The translations under genes were made by a program, and so were the position numbers. From an uncultured Alphaproteobacteria bacterium (lineage in GTDB: Bacteria > Pseudomonadota > Alphaproteobacteria > Methylaequorales > Methylaequoraceae), in NCBI GenBank assembly GCA_902526175.1, contig CABZJY010000002.1, positions 122,372 to 186,371 of the forward strand: 64,000 bases of DNA, written 5' to 3'. Position 1 is the stretch's first letter. Every line of letters starts with the position of its first letter. Shown piece after piece: positions 54,913 to 64,000 of this stretch. The notes beneath the pieces were generated by a model that saw nothing but the letters and a program-made list of their open reading frames with translations, had not been told where the DNA came from and searched no databases.

Positions 54913-55008
54913 GCTACATTATGGATAAAGTATTTTTTGTATATAAGTAATTTAAGTTGAACTTTTTTCATTTTACTTGTAAATAATTAAAACAAAAGGA
55001 ATTTTATT

Positions 55009-55314
55009 ATGTTTAACTTTGTTTACGCTCAGGCATCCGGTGCTCAGCAACCGTCACTTTTAGCATCTTTTATGCCTTTAATATTAATTTTTGTTATTTT
55101 CTATTTTTTGTTAATAAGACCACAACAAAAAAAAGCTAAAGAACATAAAGCTTTACTTGATTCAATCAAACGAGGTGATCAAATACTTACAAGTGGTGGA
55201 GTTATTTGTAAAGTAACCAAAGCTGATGAATCCGAATTAACTGTAGAGTTTGCACCAAACGTAAGTGTAAAAGTTTTACGCTCAACAGTTGCAGATGTGA
55301 TAAAGAAGAAATAA
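55009..55314 (+). CDS. yajC: Preprotein translocase subunit YajC
   Basis: 101 aa with a single TM helix and LIRPQQKKAKEHKALLDSIKRGDQILTSGG, the YajC signature. Confidence 0.88.
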   Translation: MFNFVYAQASGAQQPSLLASFMPLILIFVIFYFLLIRPQQKKAKEHKALLDSIKRGDQILTSGGVICKVTKADESELTVEFAPNVSVKVLRSTVADVIKKK

Positions 55315-55316
55315 TC

Positions 55317-56894
55317 ATGCTGAACTATTCTAAGTGGAAACTTTTTTTTGTAATGAGTATCTGTGCATTGAGTATTTTTTTTGTAACACCAAATTTCTAT
55401 GGAAAGAGTGAAATTACAGCTTTACCAAATTTTCTACCAAAAAAACAGTTTAACTTAGGGTTAGATCTTCAGGGTGGTTCTCATCTGCTCTTAGAAGTAG
55501 GAATAATTGATGTATTGAAGGAGAAATCAGAAAATTTAGTTGATGAGGTCAGGTCTATCCTTAGAAATGAAAAAATAAAATACCATCAATTAGGATCAAA
55601 AGGTAAAGGGGCGACTGTCAGTATTAGAAATGTTGAAGATTTTGAAATTGCAAGAAGTAAATTAAGAGAAAAATTGGGAAGAAATTTTATTGTCAGTTCA
55701 GAAAATGATTTAAAATTTGATATTTTATTTACTGATGAACAAGTAAAATATTTATCGGACCAGGCTGTTGATCAATCAGTTGAGGTTATAAGAAAAAGAG
55801 TAGACGAATCTGGAACAAGAGAACCTAACATTCAAAAACAAGGTGATGACAGAATTGTAGTTCAATTACCTGGAGTAAAAGATCCAGAAAGAATTAAGTC
55901 ATTAATTGGACAAACCGCAAAATTAAATTTGCATCTTGTTGATCCTACAACAGTTGAGCTAGCAAGACAAAGAGGTAAACTTCCACCAGGTACTTTCAAA
56001 CTAGAAAATGCAAATCCTGCAGCTTATGAAAAAGAATTTATAATAAAAAAAAGAGTTCTCATGTCTGGTGAGAGGCTTACTAATGCTTCAGCAACAGTTG
56101 ATCCACAGTCAGGAAAATATGTTGTTGCTTTTGAACTTGATAGAAAAGGAGCAAAAAAATTTGGAAAAATAACAACAGAAAATAAGTTTAAAAGACTTGC
56201 AATTATTCTTGATAATAAAGTTATAAGTGCACCACAAATCAGAGAACCAATTACAGGAGGGCAAGGAAACATAACTGGAAATTTTACACCTGAATCTGCT
56301 AATGATTTAGCAGTTCTCCTTAGGGCAGGTTCTTTGCCTGCTCCAATAAAGATAATTGAAGAAAGGTCGGTTGGACCAAGTTTGGGAGCTGATTCAATTG
56401 AAGCAGGTAAAAAGGCACTTATAGTTGGATTCATTGCTGTAATCATTTTTATGATTTTAAAATATGGATTATTTGGAATATTTGCAGATTTAGCGATAAT
56501 TTTTAATTTATTAATTATCATATCAATATTAAGTCTAATTGAAGGTACACTTACTATGCCTGGTATAGCTGGTATAGTTCTTACTGTTGGGATGGCAGTA
56601 GATGCAAATGTATTAGTTTTTGAAAGGATCAGGGAAGAACTTTTATCGGGTAGGTCTCCAATAAATTCAATAGATCTTGGATATAAACAAGCATTAAAAA
56701 CAATATTAGATGCAAATATTACAACACTAATTGCAGCTATATTACTCTTTAATTTTGGTACAGGGCCTATTAAAGGTTTTGCAGTTACCTTATCTATTGG
56801 TATTATATCTTCTATGTTTACAGCTCTAATGCTTACTAAACTAGTCGTAATTTTGTGGATGAAAAAATTTAAACCCGAAAAAATTATTATATGA
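55317..56894 (+). CDS. secD: Protein translocase subunit SecD
   Basis: 525 aa with a large periplasmic P1 domain followed by six TM helices and the SecD/F RND-like motifs. Confidence 0.92.
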   Translation: MLNYSKWKLFFVMSICALSIFFVTPNFYGKSEITALPNFLPKKQFNLGLDLQGGSHLLLEVGIIDVLKEKSENLVDEVRSILRNEKIKYHQLGSKGKGATVSIRNVEDFEIARSKLREKLGRNFIVSSENDLKFDILFTDEQVKYLSDQAVDQSVEVIRKRVDESGTREPNIQKQGDDRIVVQLPGVKDPERIKSLIGQTAKLNLHLVDPTTVELARQRGKLPPGTFKLENANPAAYEKEFIIKKRVLMSGERLTNASATVDPQSGKYVVAFELDRKGAKKFGKITTENKFKRLAIILDNKVISAPQIREPITGGQGNITGNFTPESANDLAVLLRAGSLPAPIKIIEERSVGPSLGADSIEAGKKALIVGFIAVIIFMILKYGLFGIFADLAIIFNLLIIISILSLIEGTLTMPGIAGIVLTVGMAVDANVLVFERIREELLSGRSPINSIDLGYKQALKTILDANITTLIAAILLFNFGTGPIKGFAVTLSIGIISSMFTALMLTKLVVILWMKKFKPEKIII

Positions 56895-57805
56895 TACCTA
56901 CATTAATAAAATTTAAATCAAAATTTGATTTTGAATTTTTTTCTCATAGAAAAAAAGCATTTGTATTTTCGTTTATTTTAATTTTGTCATCTTTTTTTTG
57001 TGTTTTTTATAAAAACTTAAATTTTGGGATTGATTTCGTGGGTGGAATAATGATTGATGCAAAGTTTTCTAATGCACAAGATTTGAATCTCATAAGAGCA
57101 GATTTAGAAAAACTATCAATTGGAAATTTTGAAATACAAGAATTTGGATCTCCAGACAATATATTGATTAAAATAGAAAAAAAAAAAACCGCCAATAAAG
57201 ATGACCAAATGTCTGTTATTAATTCAGTAAAAAGTATATTACCAGCAGATGTTGACTATAGAAGAATCGAGTTTGTAGGTCCAAAGGTTGGTGCTGAATT
57301 AAAAGTTTTAGGTATCAAGGCTGTAATATTCTCACTGATTTCAATGTTTATATATATCTGGTTTCGTTTTTCTGGATGGCAATTTGGGTTGGGCGCTGTA
57401 ATTGCTTTATTTCATGATGTGATATCAACAATTGGTTTTTATTCAATTACACAGATTGAATTTAATTTGTCCTCTATTGCAGCAATTTTGACTATTGCTG
57501 GTTATTCAATTAATGACACGGTTGTTGTTTTTGATAGAATTAGAGAAAATATTAAAAAAGTAGATGAAATAAATTTCGATAAAATTTTAAACACATCTAT
57601 TAATGAAACTTTATCTAGAACCATTATGACATCAGTTACCACTTTAATTGCATTGATTGCACTGTTTGTTTTAGGCGGTGAGGTTATTAAAGGTTTTATC
57701 TTATCACTTATATGGGGTGTTTTAATAGGCACATACTCTTCAATTTTTATAGCAAGCCCATTAATTGCTTTATTAGGTTATAAAAATCTTAAGGTTAGTA
57801 AATAA
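56891..57805 (+). CDS. secF: Protein translocase subunit SecF
   Basis: 304 aa with the SecF topology, immediately after secD and overlapping it by 4 nt. Confidence 0.92.
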   Translation: MIPTLIKFKSKFDFEFFSHRKKAFVFSFILILSSFFCVFYKNLNFGIDFVGGIMIDAKFSNAQDLNLIRADLEKLSIGNFEIQEFGSPDNILIKIEKKKTANKDDQMSVINSVKSILPADVDYRRIEFVGPKVGAELKVLGIKAVIFSLISMFIYIWFRFSGWQFGLGAVIALFHDVISTIGFYSITQIEFNLSSIAAILTIAGYSINDTVVVFDRIRENIKKVDEINFDKILNTSINETLSRTIMTSVTTLIALIALFVLGGEVIKGFILSLIWGVLIGTYSSIFIASPLIALLGYKNLKVSK

Positions 57806-57809
57806 TAAA

Positions 57810-58112
57810 TCATAACCATTTTACACCAAGCTTAGAAATATTTAAAAATGCTTTTCCAATCACCTGTTTTTTTTTAATAGCTCCAATTTTAATTGATGAA
57901 ATACTACTAAAATTTTCACCTTCAAACCAAAGATCACCATTAAGATCTACATACTTCAGTTTTTTTACGATTAATCCGTAAGTATTATGTCTAAATAGAT
58001 AAATAGATTTTTTATTAAATGAAAAGAAAGGGCATGATAAAACAAAACTTTTATTTGGAATACACCCTTCCATACTATTACCTTCTACTAAAAATACTTT
58101 GAAACCAAACAA
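57810..58112 (-). CDS. sodX: Ni-SOD maturation endopeptidase SodX (S26/S24-like signal-peptidase family)
   Basis: 100 aa with a GNSM serine-nucleophile motif (compare GDSM in LexA and signal peptidases), lying 1 nt downstream of sodN on the same strand. Confidence 0.7.
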   Translation of the reverse strand: MFGFKVFLVEGNSMEGCIPNKSFVLSCPFFSFNKKSIYLFRHNTYGLIVKKLKYVDLNGDLWFEGENFSSISSIKIGAIKKKQVIGKAFLNISKLGVKWL

Positions 58113-58113
58113 A

Positions 58114-58617
58114 TTATTCTTTTAAATCTGGATATATCAGTTCTTGAGCAGGAGGATACGGACATATTGCTTTGTAAGTTTTAACATTTTTTGTGGTCCA
58201 AAATATTTCTGCAAATCTATTTATCTTCTTCAGTAAATCAATTGTAATTTCTTTATTTACTTCTTGCTTTGCTTTTGAAGTATTCAACATTATGTCATGA
58301 GTTAGTTTATGTAACTCAGGAAATTTTTCTAATTGTGGCTCTTTAATATAGTCACCCCAAATAACTCGAATTTCATCTTTAACCTTAATACCATGTTCTT
58401 CTTTTTGCGAAATTAGTCGAGAAAATTGAGCTTTATCATTTATATCATTACTGTCTTTGTTTTCAAGTTCACTTATTAAATCACAAATCCTTATCATTGT
58501 TAAAACAGAAATCTGAGCATGCATTGGATCATATATCTTGCAAGGTATATCGCAATGCGCTGACACCGTTTGAAAATTGTTTAATTTGTGTATTTTATTA
58601 AAAATTGAATATACCAT
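58114..58617 (-). CDS. sodN: Nickel-containing superoxide dismutase precursor
   Basis: 20-aa leader followed by the Ni-hook HCDIPCKIYDP, then VIWGDYIKEP...FPELHKLTHD...IFWTTK, which resembles the Streptomyces-type Ni-SOD over the full length. It has Lys instead of Gly at hook position 7 and a short Cys/Pro-rich C-terminal tail. Confidence 0.85.
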   Translation of the reverse strand: MVYSIFNKIHKLNNFQTVSAHCDIPCKIYDPMHAQISVLTMIRICDLISELENKDSNDINDKAQFSRLISQKEEHGIKVKDEIRVIWGDYIKEPQLEKFPELHKLTHDIMLNTSKAKQEVNKEITIDLLKKINRFAEIFWTTKNVKTYKAICPYPPAQELIYPDLKE

Positions 58618-58691
58618 TATTAAATCCTGATTAAAAAATGTTAAAATTTTATTATGTAATAATAATTTATATATATTATTAAAATATTCAA

Positions 58692-59303
58692 ATGATAACT
58701 AAAGAGTTAAAAAAAAAAAACTATATCAGGTTTCTTCAATTAGAATATTATGATGCCAAATCACATTATTTTCTTGTTTTAGTTTTTTTACTTGAAATTG
58801 AATTAATAAAAATTTTTGTTTCTTCTGAAGATAAACAATTAAGAGAAATAAAATATCAGTGGTTAATAGAAGAACTTGACCATAATCACTCTAAGTATTT
58901 TATAACTAATGCACTTCAAAATTACAAAAAAAAGTTTAGTAGAGAAATTATTGATTACATAAATGCTTTTAAAGAAATAGAAAATAATGAAAAGAGAGCT
59001 TTTGAAATAGAAACTTTTAAAAAAATTACTCAAAAACTCAATGCTTTAATTCATATTACTAAATTACCAATTAAATTTTCATCAAATTTTCTTTTTTGTT
59101 ATTTTTATTTTTTATATAACGTGAGGGACAAAAGTTTTATAAAAAAAAAAATTTTAGATAAGCACTTTAAAAAATATATTAACAATGAAATTGATGATTT
59201 AGAAATAACCTTTATAAGAATTTTCAGAAAAAAATACAAATTCGAAATAAATAAATTAAGTTTTTTTTATCTTTTGCTTAAAAGAAAACTGTTCAAATCT
59301 TAA
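58692..59303 (+). CDS. Hypothetical protein (Lys-rich, mostly helical, one hydrophobic segment)
   Basis: 203-aa ORF with good spacing from its neighbours (74 bp after the divergent sodN, 5 nt before the uvrA stop). I recognise no diagnostic motif. Confidence 0.5.
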   Translation: MITKELKKKNYIRFLQLEYYDAKSHYFLVLVFLLEIELIKIFVSSEDKQLREIKYQWLIEELDHNHSKYFITNALQNYKKKFSREIIDYINAFKEIENNEKRAFEIETFKKITQKLNALIHITKLPIKFSSNFLFCYFYFLYNVRDKSFIKKKILDKHFKKYINNEIDDLEITFIRIFRKKYKFEINKLSFFYLLLKRKLFKS

Positions 59304-59308
59304 ATATA

Positions 59309-62155
59309 TCATCTTTTAATAATTTCATTTAAATAAGAAGAAGTTGAGTTATTTTTATATTTTAAAATCTCATCTAGGCTACCCTGAAATAGTACTTTAC
59401 CTCCCTCATCTCCACCTTCTGGTCCAAGGTCTACTATCCAATCGGATGTTTTAATAACATCAAGATTATGTTCTATTACAATAACAGTATTACCCTTATT
59501 TACAAGTTCATGTAGAACCTCTAACAATTTTTTTACATCGTGGGTATGCAGACCTGTGGTAGGTTCGTCAAGGATGTAAAGTGTTTTTCCAGTAGATCTT
59601 TTCGATAATTCTCTTGATAATCTTATTCTTTGAGCTTCCCCACCAGATAAAGTTGTAGCCGATTGTCCAATTTTTATATAGTCAAGACCAACTCGTATAA
59701 GTGTGTTAAGTTTTGATGAAATCATCGGTATGGCTTTAAAAAAATTATAACCTTCTTCTACTGTCAAATTAAGTACATCCGAAATACTTTTATTTTTAAA
59801 CTTTACTTCTAATGTTTCTCTATTAAATCTTTGCCCGTTACATAAATCGCATTTAACAAAAATATCCGCAAGAAAATGCATTTCTATTCTAATTACCCCG
59901 TCACCTTTACAATTTTCACAACGTCCTCCTTTGACATTGAAAGAAAATCTTCCCGGAGTATAGCCTTTAATTTTTGAATTAGGTAATCCAGCATACCAAT
60001 CTCTTATATGTGTAAAACAACCTGTGTAAGTAGCAGGGTTGGATCTTGGCGTTCTGCCTATTGGACTTTGATCTATTTTTATTATTTTGTCAATATTCTC
60101 AAAACCAATGAGGTCATCATATTTTAAAGGTATTTCTTTACTTAAATTTATTTTCTTAGATAATGCTTTATACAGTGTTTCTATTACTAAAGTTGATTTT
60201 CCTCCTCCCGAAACACCTGTCACTGAAATAAAATTATTTAAAGGTAATTTTACATTGATATTTTTTAAATTATTTCCTTTTGCACCTTTAATTTCTAAGA
60301 TATTTCTAGTATTAACCGGCCTCATACCTAAGTTAGGTTCGATATTCAATTTTCTTGATAAATATTTTCCTGTTAGACTTCTACTATTTTTCTTTACTTC
60401 ATTTGGCTTCCCGTAAGCAATAATTTCACCACCATTTACTCCAGCTTTTGGGCCAATGTCTATAAGATAATCTGCTGCTAATATAGTATCCTCATCATGT
60501 TCAACAACAATAACACTGTTACCTATATCCCTTAGTTTTTTGAGTGTTTGTATTAATTTATCATTATCTTTTTGATGCAAGCCAATTGATGGTTCATCAA
60601 GAACATATAAAACACCTGTTAGTCCAGATCCAATTTGTGATGCAAGCCTAATTCTCTGAGTTTCTCCCCCAGATAATGAGTTAGAACTCCTAGATAAATT
60701 TAAGTAGCCAAGTCCCACATCATCAAGAAAATTTAATCTATTTATTATTTCTTTAATAATTTTTTCAGATATTTCTTTTCTATTACCTGTTAATTTTTTT
60801 TCAAGATGCTCAAACCAATTTTTAGCATCTTTAATTGATAAACTTGAAATTTCAAAAATTGTTTTTTTATCAATTTGTACTGCCATTGCCTCTTTTTTCA
60901 GTCTTGACCCATTACACGAATTACAAATAAACTGATTCATGTATTTAGATAATTCCTCTCTTTGCCATAAATCCGATCTAGCAAGTTTTTTTTCCAAAAA
61001 ACCAATTACCCCATCATAAATTTTAGTTGTTGGTCCCCTCTTAAAATAGGAAAATTTGATATTAATAGGTCTATTATCACCATACAAAATTTGTTCTTTC
61101 ACTGAATCATTTATATCTCTCCATTTTGTTTTAATACTTAGGGAAAAATGGTTAGCAACTTCGTTTGTCAACTCAGTATAAAAAAGATTATTTTTTTTAT
61201 CCCAGGGAATTATTACCCCTTCCTCAAAAGATAAATTCTCATCACCTATTATTAGTTCTTTATCAAAAGTCTCATTAAAACCCAGTCCATCACAATCTTT
61301 ACAAGCTCCATTTGGATTATTAAATGAAAAAAGTCTTGGTTCAATTTCTTCAATTGTAAAACCAGATTCAGGGCAAGCAAATTTTGAGGAAAAAGTTACT
61401 AATTCATTATCATTTAAATTCTCTACATAGATTACACCGTCAGAGATATTTAATGCAGTTTCAACAGATTCTGATATACGAGATTTTAAATTTTGTTCAA
61501 CTTTCAACCTATCTACAACAACTTGAATGTTGTGTTTTTTATTTTTATCTAGTTTTGGTAAGCTTTCATATGTATAAATTTCTCCATTAATCTTAAATCG
61601 TATAAATCCTTTTGAACTATATTCAGCAAGTTCTTTTTTAAATTCTCCCTTTCTATTATTTACTATAGGGGACAAAAGTAAAAATTTAGCATTTTTATTC
61701 ATGTTTAAAATTATATCTACAATTTCTCCCACCGATTGAGACTTAATTTCTTTACCTGTTTTAGGAGAAATAGGTACACCAATTCTTGCAAATAAAAGTC
61801 TCATATAATCATATATTTCAGTAACAGTCCCTACTGTTGACCGTGGGTTTTTAGAAGTTGATTTTTGTTCTATAGATATTGCAGGTGAAAGTCCTTCAAT
61901 AAAGTCTACTTCTGGTTTTTCCATCATATCTAAAAATTGTCTAGCATAAGATGATAAGCTTTCAACATATCTTCTTTGTCCTTCTGCGTAGATTGTATCA
62001 AAAGCTAATGATGATTTTCCTGATCCTGAAAGACCTGTTATTACTACAAGTTTATTTCTAGGTATTTCAATTGAAATATTTTTTAAATTATGTTGTTTAG
62101 CGCCAACAACAATAATTGATTGGTGGAATTTTTTTTTTAGTGCTTTTTTTAACAT
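59309..62155 (-). CDS. uvrA: Excinuclease ABC subunit A
   Basis: 948 aa with two ABC ATPase modules ([14 protein letters not shown]; [10 protein letters not shown]; LSGGE x2; [16 protein letters not shown]) and zinc-finger CxxC pairs. Confidence 0.93.
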   Translation of the reverse strand: MLKKALKKKFHQSIIVVGAKQHNLKNISIEIPRNKLVVITGLSGSGKSSLAFDTIYAEGQRRYVESLSSYARQFLDMMEKPEVDFIEGLSPAISIEQKSTSKNPRSTVGTVTEIYDYMRLLFARIGVPISPKTGKEIKSQSVGEIVDIILNMNKNAKFLLLSPIVNNRKGEFKKELAEYSSKGFIRFKINGEIYTYESLPKLDKNKKHNIQVVVDRLKVEQNLKSRISESVETALNISDGVIYVENLNDNELVTFSSKFACPESGFTIEEIEPRLFSFNNPNGACKDCDGLGFNETFDKELIIGDENLSFEEGVIIPWDKKNNLFYTELTNEVANHFSLSIKTKWRDINDSVKEQILYGDNRPINIKFSYFKRGPTTKIYDGVIGFLEKKLARSDLWQREELSKYMNQFICNSCNGSRLKKEAMAVQIDKKTIFEISSLSIKDAKNWFEHLEKKLTGNRKEISEKIIKEIINRLNFLDDVGLGYLNLSRSSNSLSGGETQRIRLASQIGSGLTGVLYVLDEPSIGLHQKDNDKLIQTLKKLRDIGNSVIVVEHDEDTILAADYLIDIGPKAGVNGGEIIAYGKPNEVKKNSRSLTGKYLSRKLNIEPNLGMRPVNTRNILEIKGAKGNNLKNINVKLPLNNFISVTGVSGGGKSTLVIETLYKALSKKINLSKEIPLKYDDLIGFENIDKIIKIDQSPIGRTPRSNPATYTGCFTHIRDWYAGLPNSKIKGYTPGRFSFNVKGGRCENCKGDGVIRIEMHFLADIFVKCDLCNGQRFNRETLEVKFKNKSISDVLNLTVEEGYNFFKAIPMISSKLNTLIRVGLDYIKIGQSATTLSGGEAQRIRLSRELSKRSTGKTLYILDEPTTGLHTHDVKKLLEVLHELVNKGNTVIVIEHNLDVIKTSDWIVDLGPEGGDEGGKVLFQGSLDEILKYKNNSTSSYLNEIIKR

Positions 62156-62235
62156 TACTATAAATCAATTGAACATTAACTATGTTATTAATATAATTTG
62201 ATGTTATTATAGATAAAGGTTTAAGTGTATTATTT

Positions 62236-62697
62236 ATGGCAGGATCAGTAAATAAAGTAATTTTAATAGGAAATTTGGGCAGTGAACCCGAAGTAAGGGT
62301 GTCGCAAGATAATAAGAAATTAGTAAGATTATCTATTGCTACCTCAGAAAACTGGAAAGATAAAGTATCAGGTGAGAGAAAAAGTAAAACAGAATGGCAT
62401 AGAGTAGTAATATTTGCCAGTGGATTAGCAGATATAGCAGAAAAATACCTTAAAAAAGGGTCGAAAGTTTATTTAGAAGGTCAATTACAAACAAGAAAAT
62501 TTAATGATCAAGCTGGAAATGAAAAATACACAACAGAAATTGTTTTACAACAATACAATTCTTCTCTGCATTTGCTCGATTCCAAAGGAGAAAACTATGA
62601 TAATACTGAAAAGATACTAAACATTGATGATAAAACTGCTGTCGATGATATACCCAAAATGGACAATCTAGACGTTGACGATGATGTCCCTTTTTAA
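62236..62697 (+). CDS. ssb: Single-stranded DNA-binding protein
   Basis: OB fold ([16 protein letters not shown]...WHRVVIF...[15 protein letters not shown]) with an acidic C-terminal tail ...DDDVPF. Confidence 0.92.
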   Translation: MAGSVNKVILIGNLGSEPEVRVSQDNKKLVRLSIATSENWKDKVSGERKSKTEWHRVVIFASGLADIAEKYLKKGSKVYLEGQLQTRKFNDQAGNEKYTTEIVLQQYNSSLHLLDSKGENYDNTEKILNIDDKTAVDDIPKMDNLDVDDDVPF

Positions 62698-62716
62698 AAA
62701 CATTAAATATTAAAAC

Positions 62717-64000
62717 ATGATAGACGATAATACTCCTGAAAACTTTGATGATTCAAAAAATATAGAGCCGATTGATATTGAAAAAGAAATGAAGGATTCT
62801 TTTTTAGATTACGCAATGAGTGTAATTGTATCACGTGCCCTGCCAGATGTTTGTGATGGTCTTAAGCCAGTTCATAGGCGTATTTTGTTTTCAATGAACG
62901 AGTCTGGTTATCTACACAGTAAACCTACACGAAAATCTGCTAGAATTGTCGGAGATGTAATGGGTAAATACCATCCGCATGGAGATTCAGCAATTTATGA
63001 TGCTATGGTAAGGCTAGCTCAAGATTTTAGCATGCGCGTTCCATTAATTGAAGGTCAAGGAAATTTTGGATCAATGGATGGTGATTCCGCTGCAGCAATG
63101 AGATATACTGAAGCTAGATTATCGGAGATAGCTTCTTTTTTATTGAACGATATAAATTTTAATACAGTCAATTTTAGAGATAATTACGATGGTTCTGCAC
63201 AAGAACCAGATTTACTGCCTGCTGAGTTTCCCAATTTATTAATTAATGGATCAGAAGGAATAGCTGTTGGTATGGCAACTAAAATACCACCTCACTGTCC
63301 GACAGAGGTTATTGATGCTTGTTGTCATTTTGTTGATAATCCAGAATCTAGTTCCGAGGATTTAATGGAATTTATTAAAGGTCCAGATTTTCCAACCGGA
63401 GGATTAATAATGGGAAGATCGGGGTTCAGGAAAGCTTACCAAACAGGAAAAGGCTCAATCATAATCAGGGGTAAAATTAATGTTGAAACAATTTCTAAAT
63501 CCAAAGAAGCCATTGTTATCACAGAAATACCATATTCGGTTAAAAAGTCTCAATTAATTGAAAGTATTGCAAAAGTTGCTAAGGAAAAGGTTATTGAAGG
63601 AATTTCTGATTTAAGAGATGAGTCCAATAGGGAAGGTGTAAGAATTGTAATGGACTTAAAAAAAAATATTCAGTCTGAAGTTATAATTAATCAACTTTAC
63701 AAATTTACTCCTCTTCAAACATCATTTGGTATCAATCTGTTAGCCCTTAAAAATGGTGTACCAAATGTGTTAAACCTTAAATCCGCAATAAAGTTTTTCA
63801 TTGAATTTAGAAAAGACGTTGTTTTCAAAAGGACAAAATATCATTTAGAAAAATCAAGAGCAAAAGCTCATATATTATGCGGACTAGCAATAGCACTAGA
63901 GAATATAGATGAGATGATAGATTTGATCAGAAGCTCAAAAGATACTAATGAAGCAAAATTGAAATTGTTAGAAAAAAAGTGGAGGGTTAATAAAGTCAGA
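62717..64000 (+). CDS. gyrA: DNA gyrase subunit A (N-terminal part; continues past window end)
   Basis: Sequence [21 protein letters not shown]...[10 protein letters not shown]... with the active-site Tyr region and QRDR-like segment. Confidence 0.93.
   Translation, partial: MIDDNTPENFDDSKNIEPIDIEKEMKDSFLDYAMSVIVSRALPDVCDGLKPVHRRILFSMNESGYLHSKPTRKSARIVGDVMGKYHPHGDSAIYDAMVRLAQDFSMRVPLIEGQGNFGSMDGDSAAAMRYTEARLSEIASFLLNDINFNTVNFRDNYDGSAQEPDLLPAEFPNLLINGSEGIAVGMATKIPPHCPTEVIDACCHFVDNPESSSEDLMEFIKGPDFPTGGLIMGRSGFRKAYQTGKGSIIIRGKINVETISKSKEAIVITEIPYSVKKSQLIESIAKVAKEKVIEGISDLRDESNREGVRIVMDLKKNIQSEVIINQLYKFTPLQTSFGINLLALKNGVPNVLNLKSAIKFFIEFRKDVVFKRTKYHLEKSRAKAHILCGLAIALENIDEMIDLIRSSKDTNEAKLKLLEKKWRVNKVR

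Noticed and set aside
56024-56521. 165-aa ORF antisense to secD, and other antisense ORFs (47883..48284 inside ppiD, 1385..1636 inside nuoD, 19480..19776 inside lolC, 43971..44267 inside trpD, 60087..60416 inside uvrA, 740..943, 30187..30459, 52476..52832)
   Set aside because: All lie entirely within, and antisense to, strongly supported conserved CDSs. They have low-complexity or hydrophobic composition typical of shadow ORFs and no RBS or family resemblance. Genes elsewhere in the window almost never overlap by more than about 30 nt.
58692-59303. Assignment of the 203-aa hypothetical protein to a squalene/phytoene-synthase-like (NDUFAF6-type) family
   Set aside because: I found no DxxxD motifs and no convincing motif matches by eye, and the protein is too short for that family. 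It is left as uncharacterized.
62156-62235. Possible SOS box TTGAACattaactatGTT in the uvrA/ssb spacer
   Set aside because: Only one GAAC half-site is present and the second repeat is missing, so I do not call it a LexA operator. It is reported as a finding about absence instead.
1-64000. Searched for tRNA/rRNA/tmRNA genes, CRISPR repeats, IS elements, integrases, prophage or defence-island signatures, and GC-rich islands in the AT-rich background
   Set aside because: None were found. Every sizeable segment is occupied by a conserved housekeeping CDS and the intergenic spacers are 106 bp or shorter. The only repeats are the short (AAT)6 and homopolymer A/T runs.

Overview
This window is a densely packed, very AT-rich (about 30% GC by eye) stretch of core chromosome from a streamlined alphaproteobacterium. 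The compositional bias, minimal intergenic spacing and gene order suggest SAR11/Pelagibacterales or something similar, but that is inference only. I can support 64 CDSs and no RNA genes, IS/transposase remnants, CRISPR arrays or integrase-bounded islands. The content is a conserved alphaproteobacterial backbone: nuoA(partial)BCDEFGHIJKLMN, birA, coaX, rnj, mce, DUF1467, proS, lolCE, lolD, dnaE, rpsB, tsf, pyrH, frr, uppS, cdsA, dxr, rseP, bamA, skp, lpxD, fabZ, lpxA, lpxI, lpxB. These are followed on the minus strand by gltA, gltX, lexA, moeA, moaC, trpCDGE and ppiD, then tpiA, secG, pyrG, kdsA, eno, ftsB, a minus-strand DUF815-like ATPase, yajC, secD, secF, minus-strand sodX and sodN (nickel superoxide dismutase plus its maturation peptidase), a 203-aa uncharacterized protein, minus-strand uvrA, ssb and gyrA (partial). 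A canonical alphaproteobacterial LexA box (GTTC-N7-GTTC) lies immediately upstream of lexA. I see no convincing multi-gene novel system here (defence, secretion, BGC, phage, toxin-antitoxin); this looks like an ordinary core region. The least backbone-like locus is 57.8-59.3 kb: sodX-sodN with an unusual Ni-hook (HCDIPCK, Lys where Gly is expected) and a divergent 203-aa hypothetical protein. The other items worth a second look are a DUF815 P-loop ATPase, SOS-box asymmetry (box at lexA, none visible at divergent uvrA/ssb), an in-frame (AAT)6 repeat in rnj, many 11-14 nt poly(A) runs inside essential genes, and extreme gene packing.
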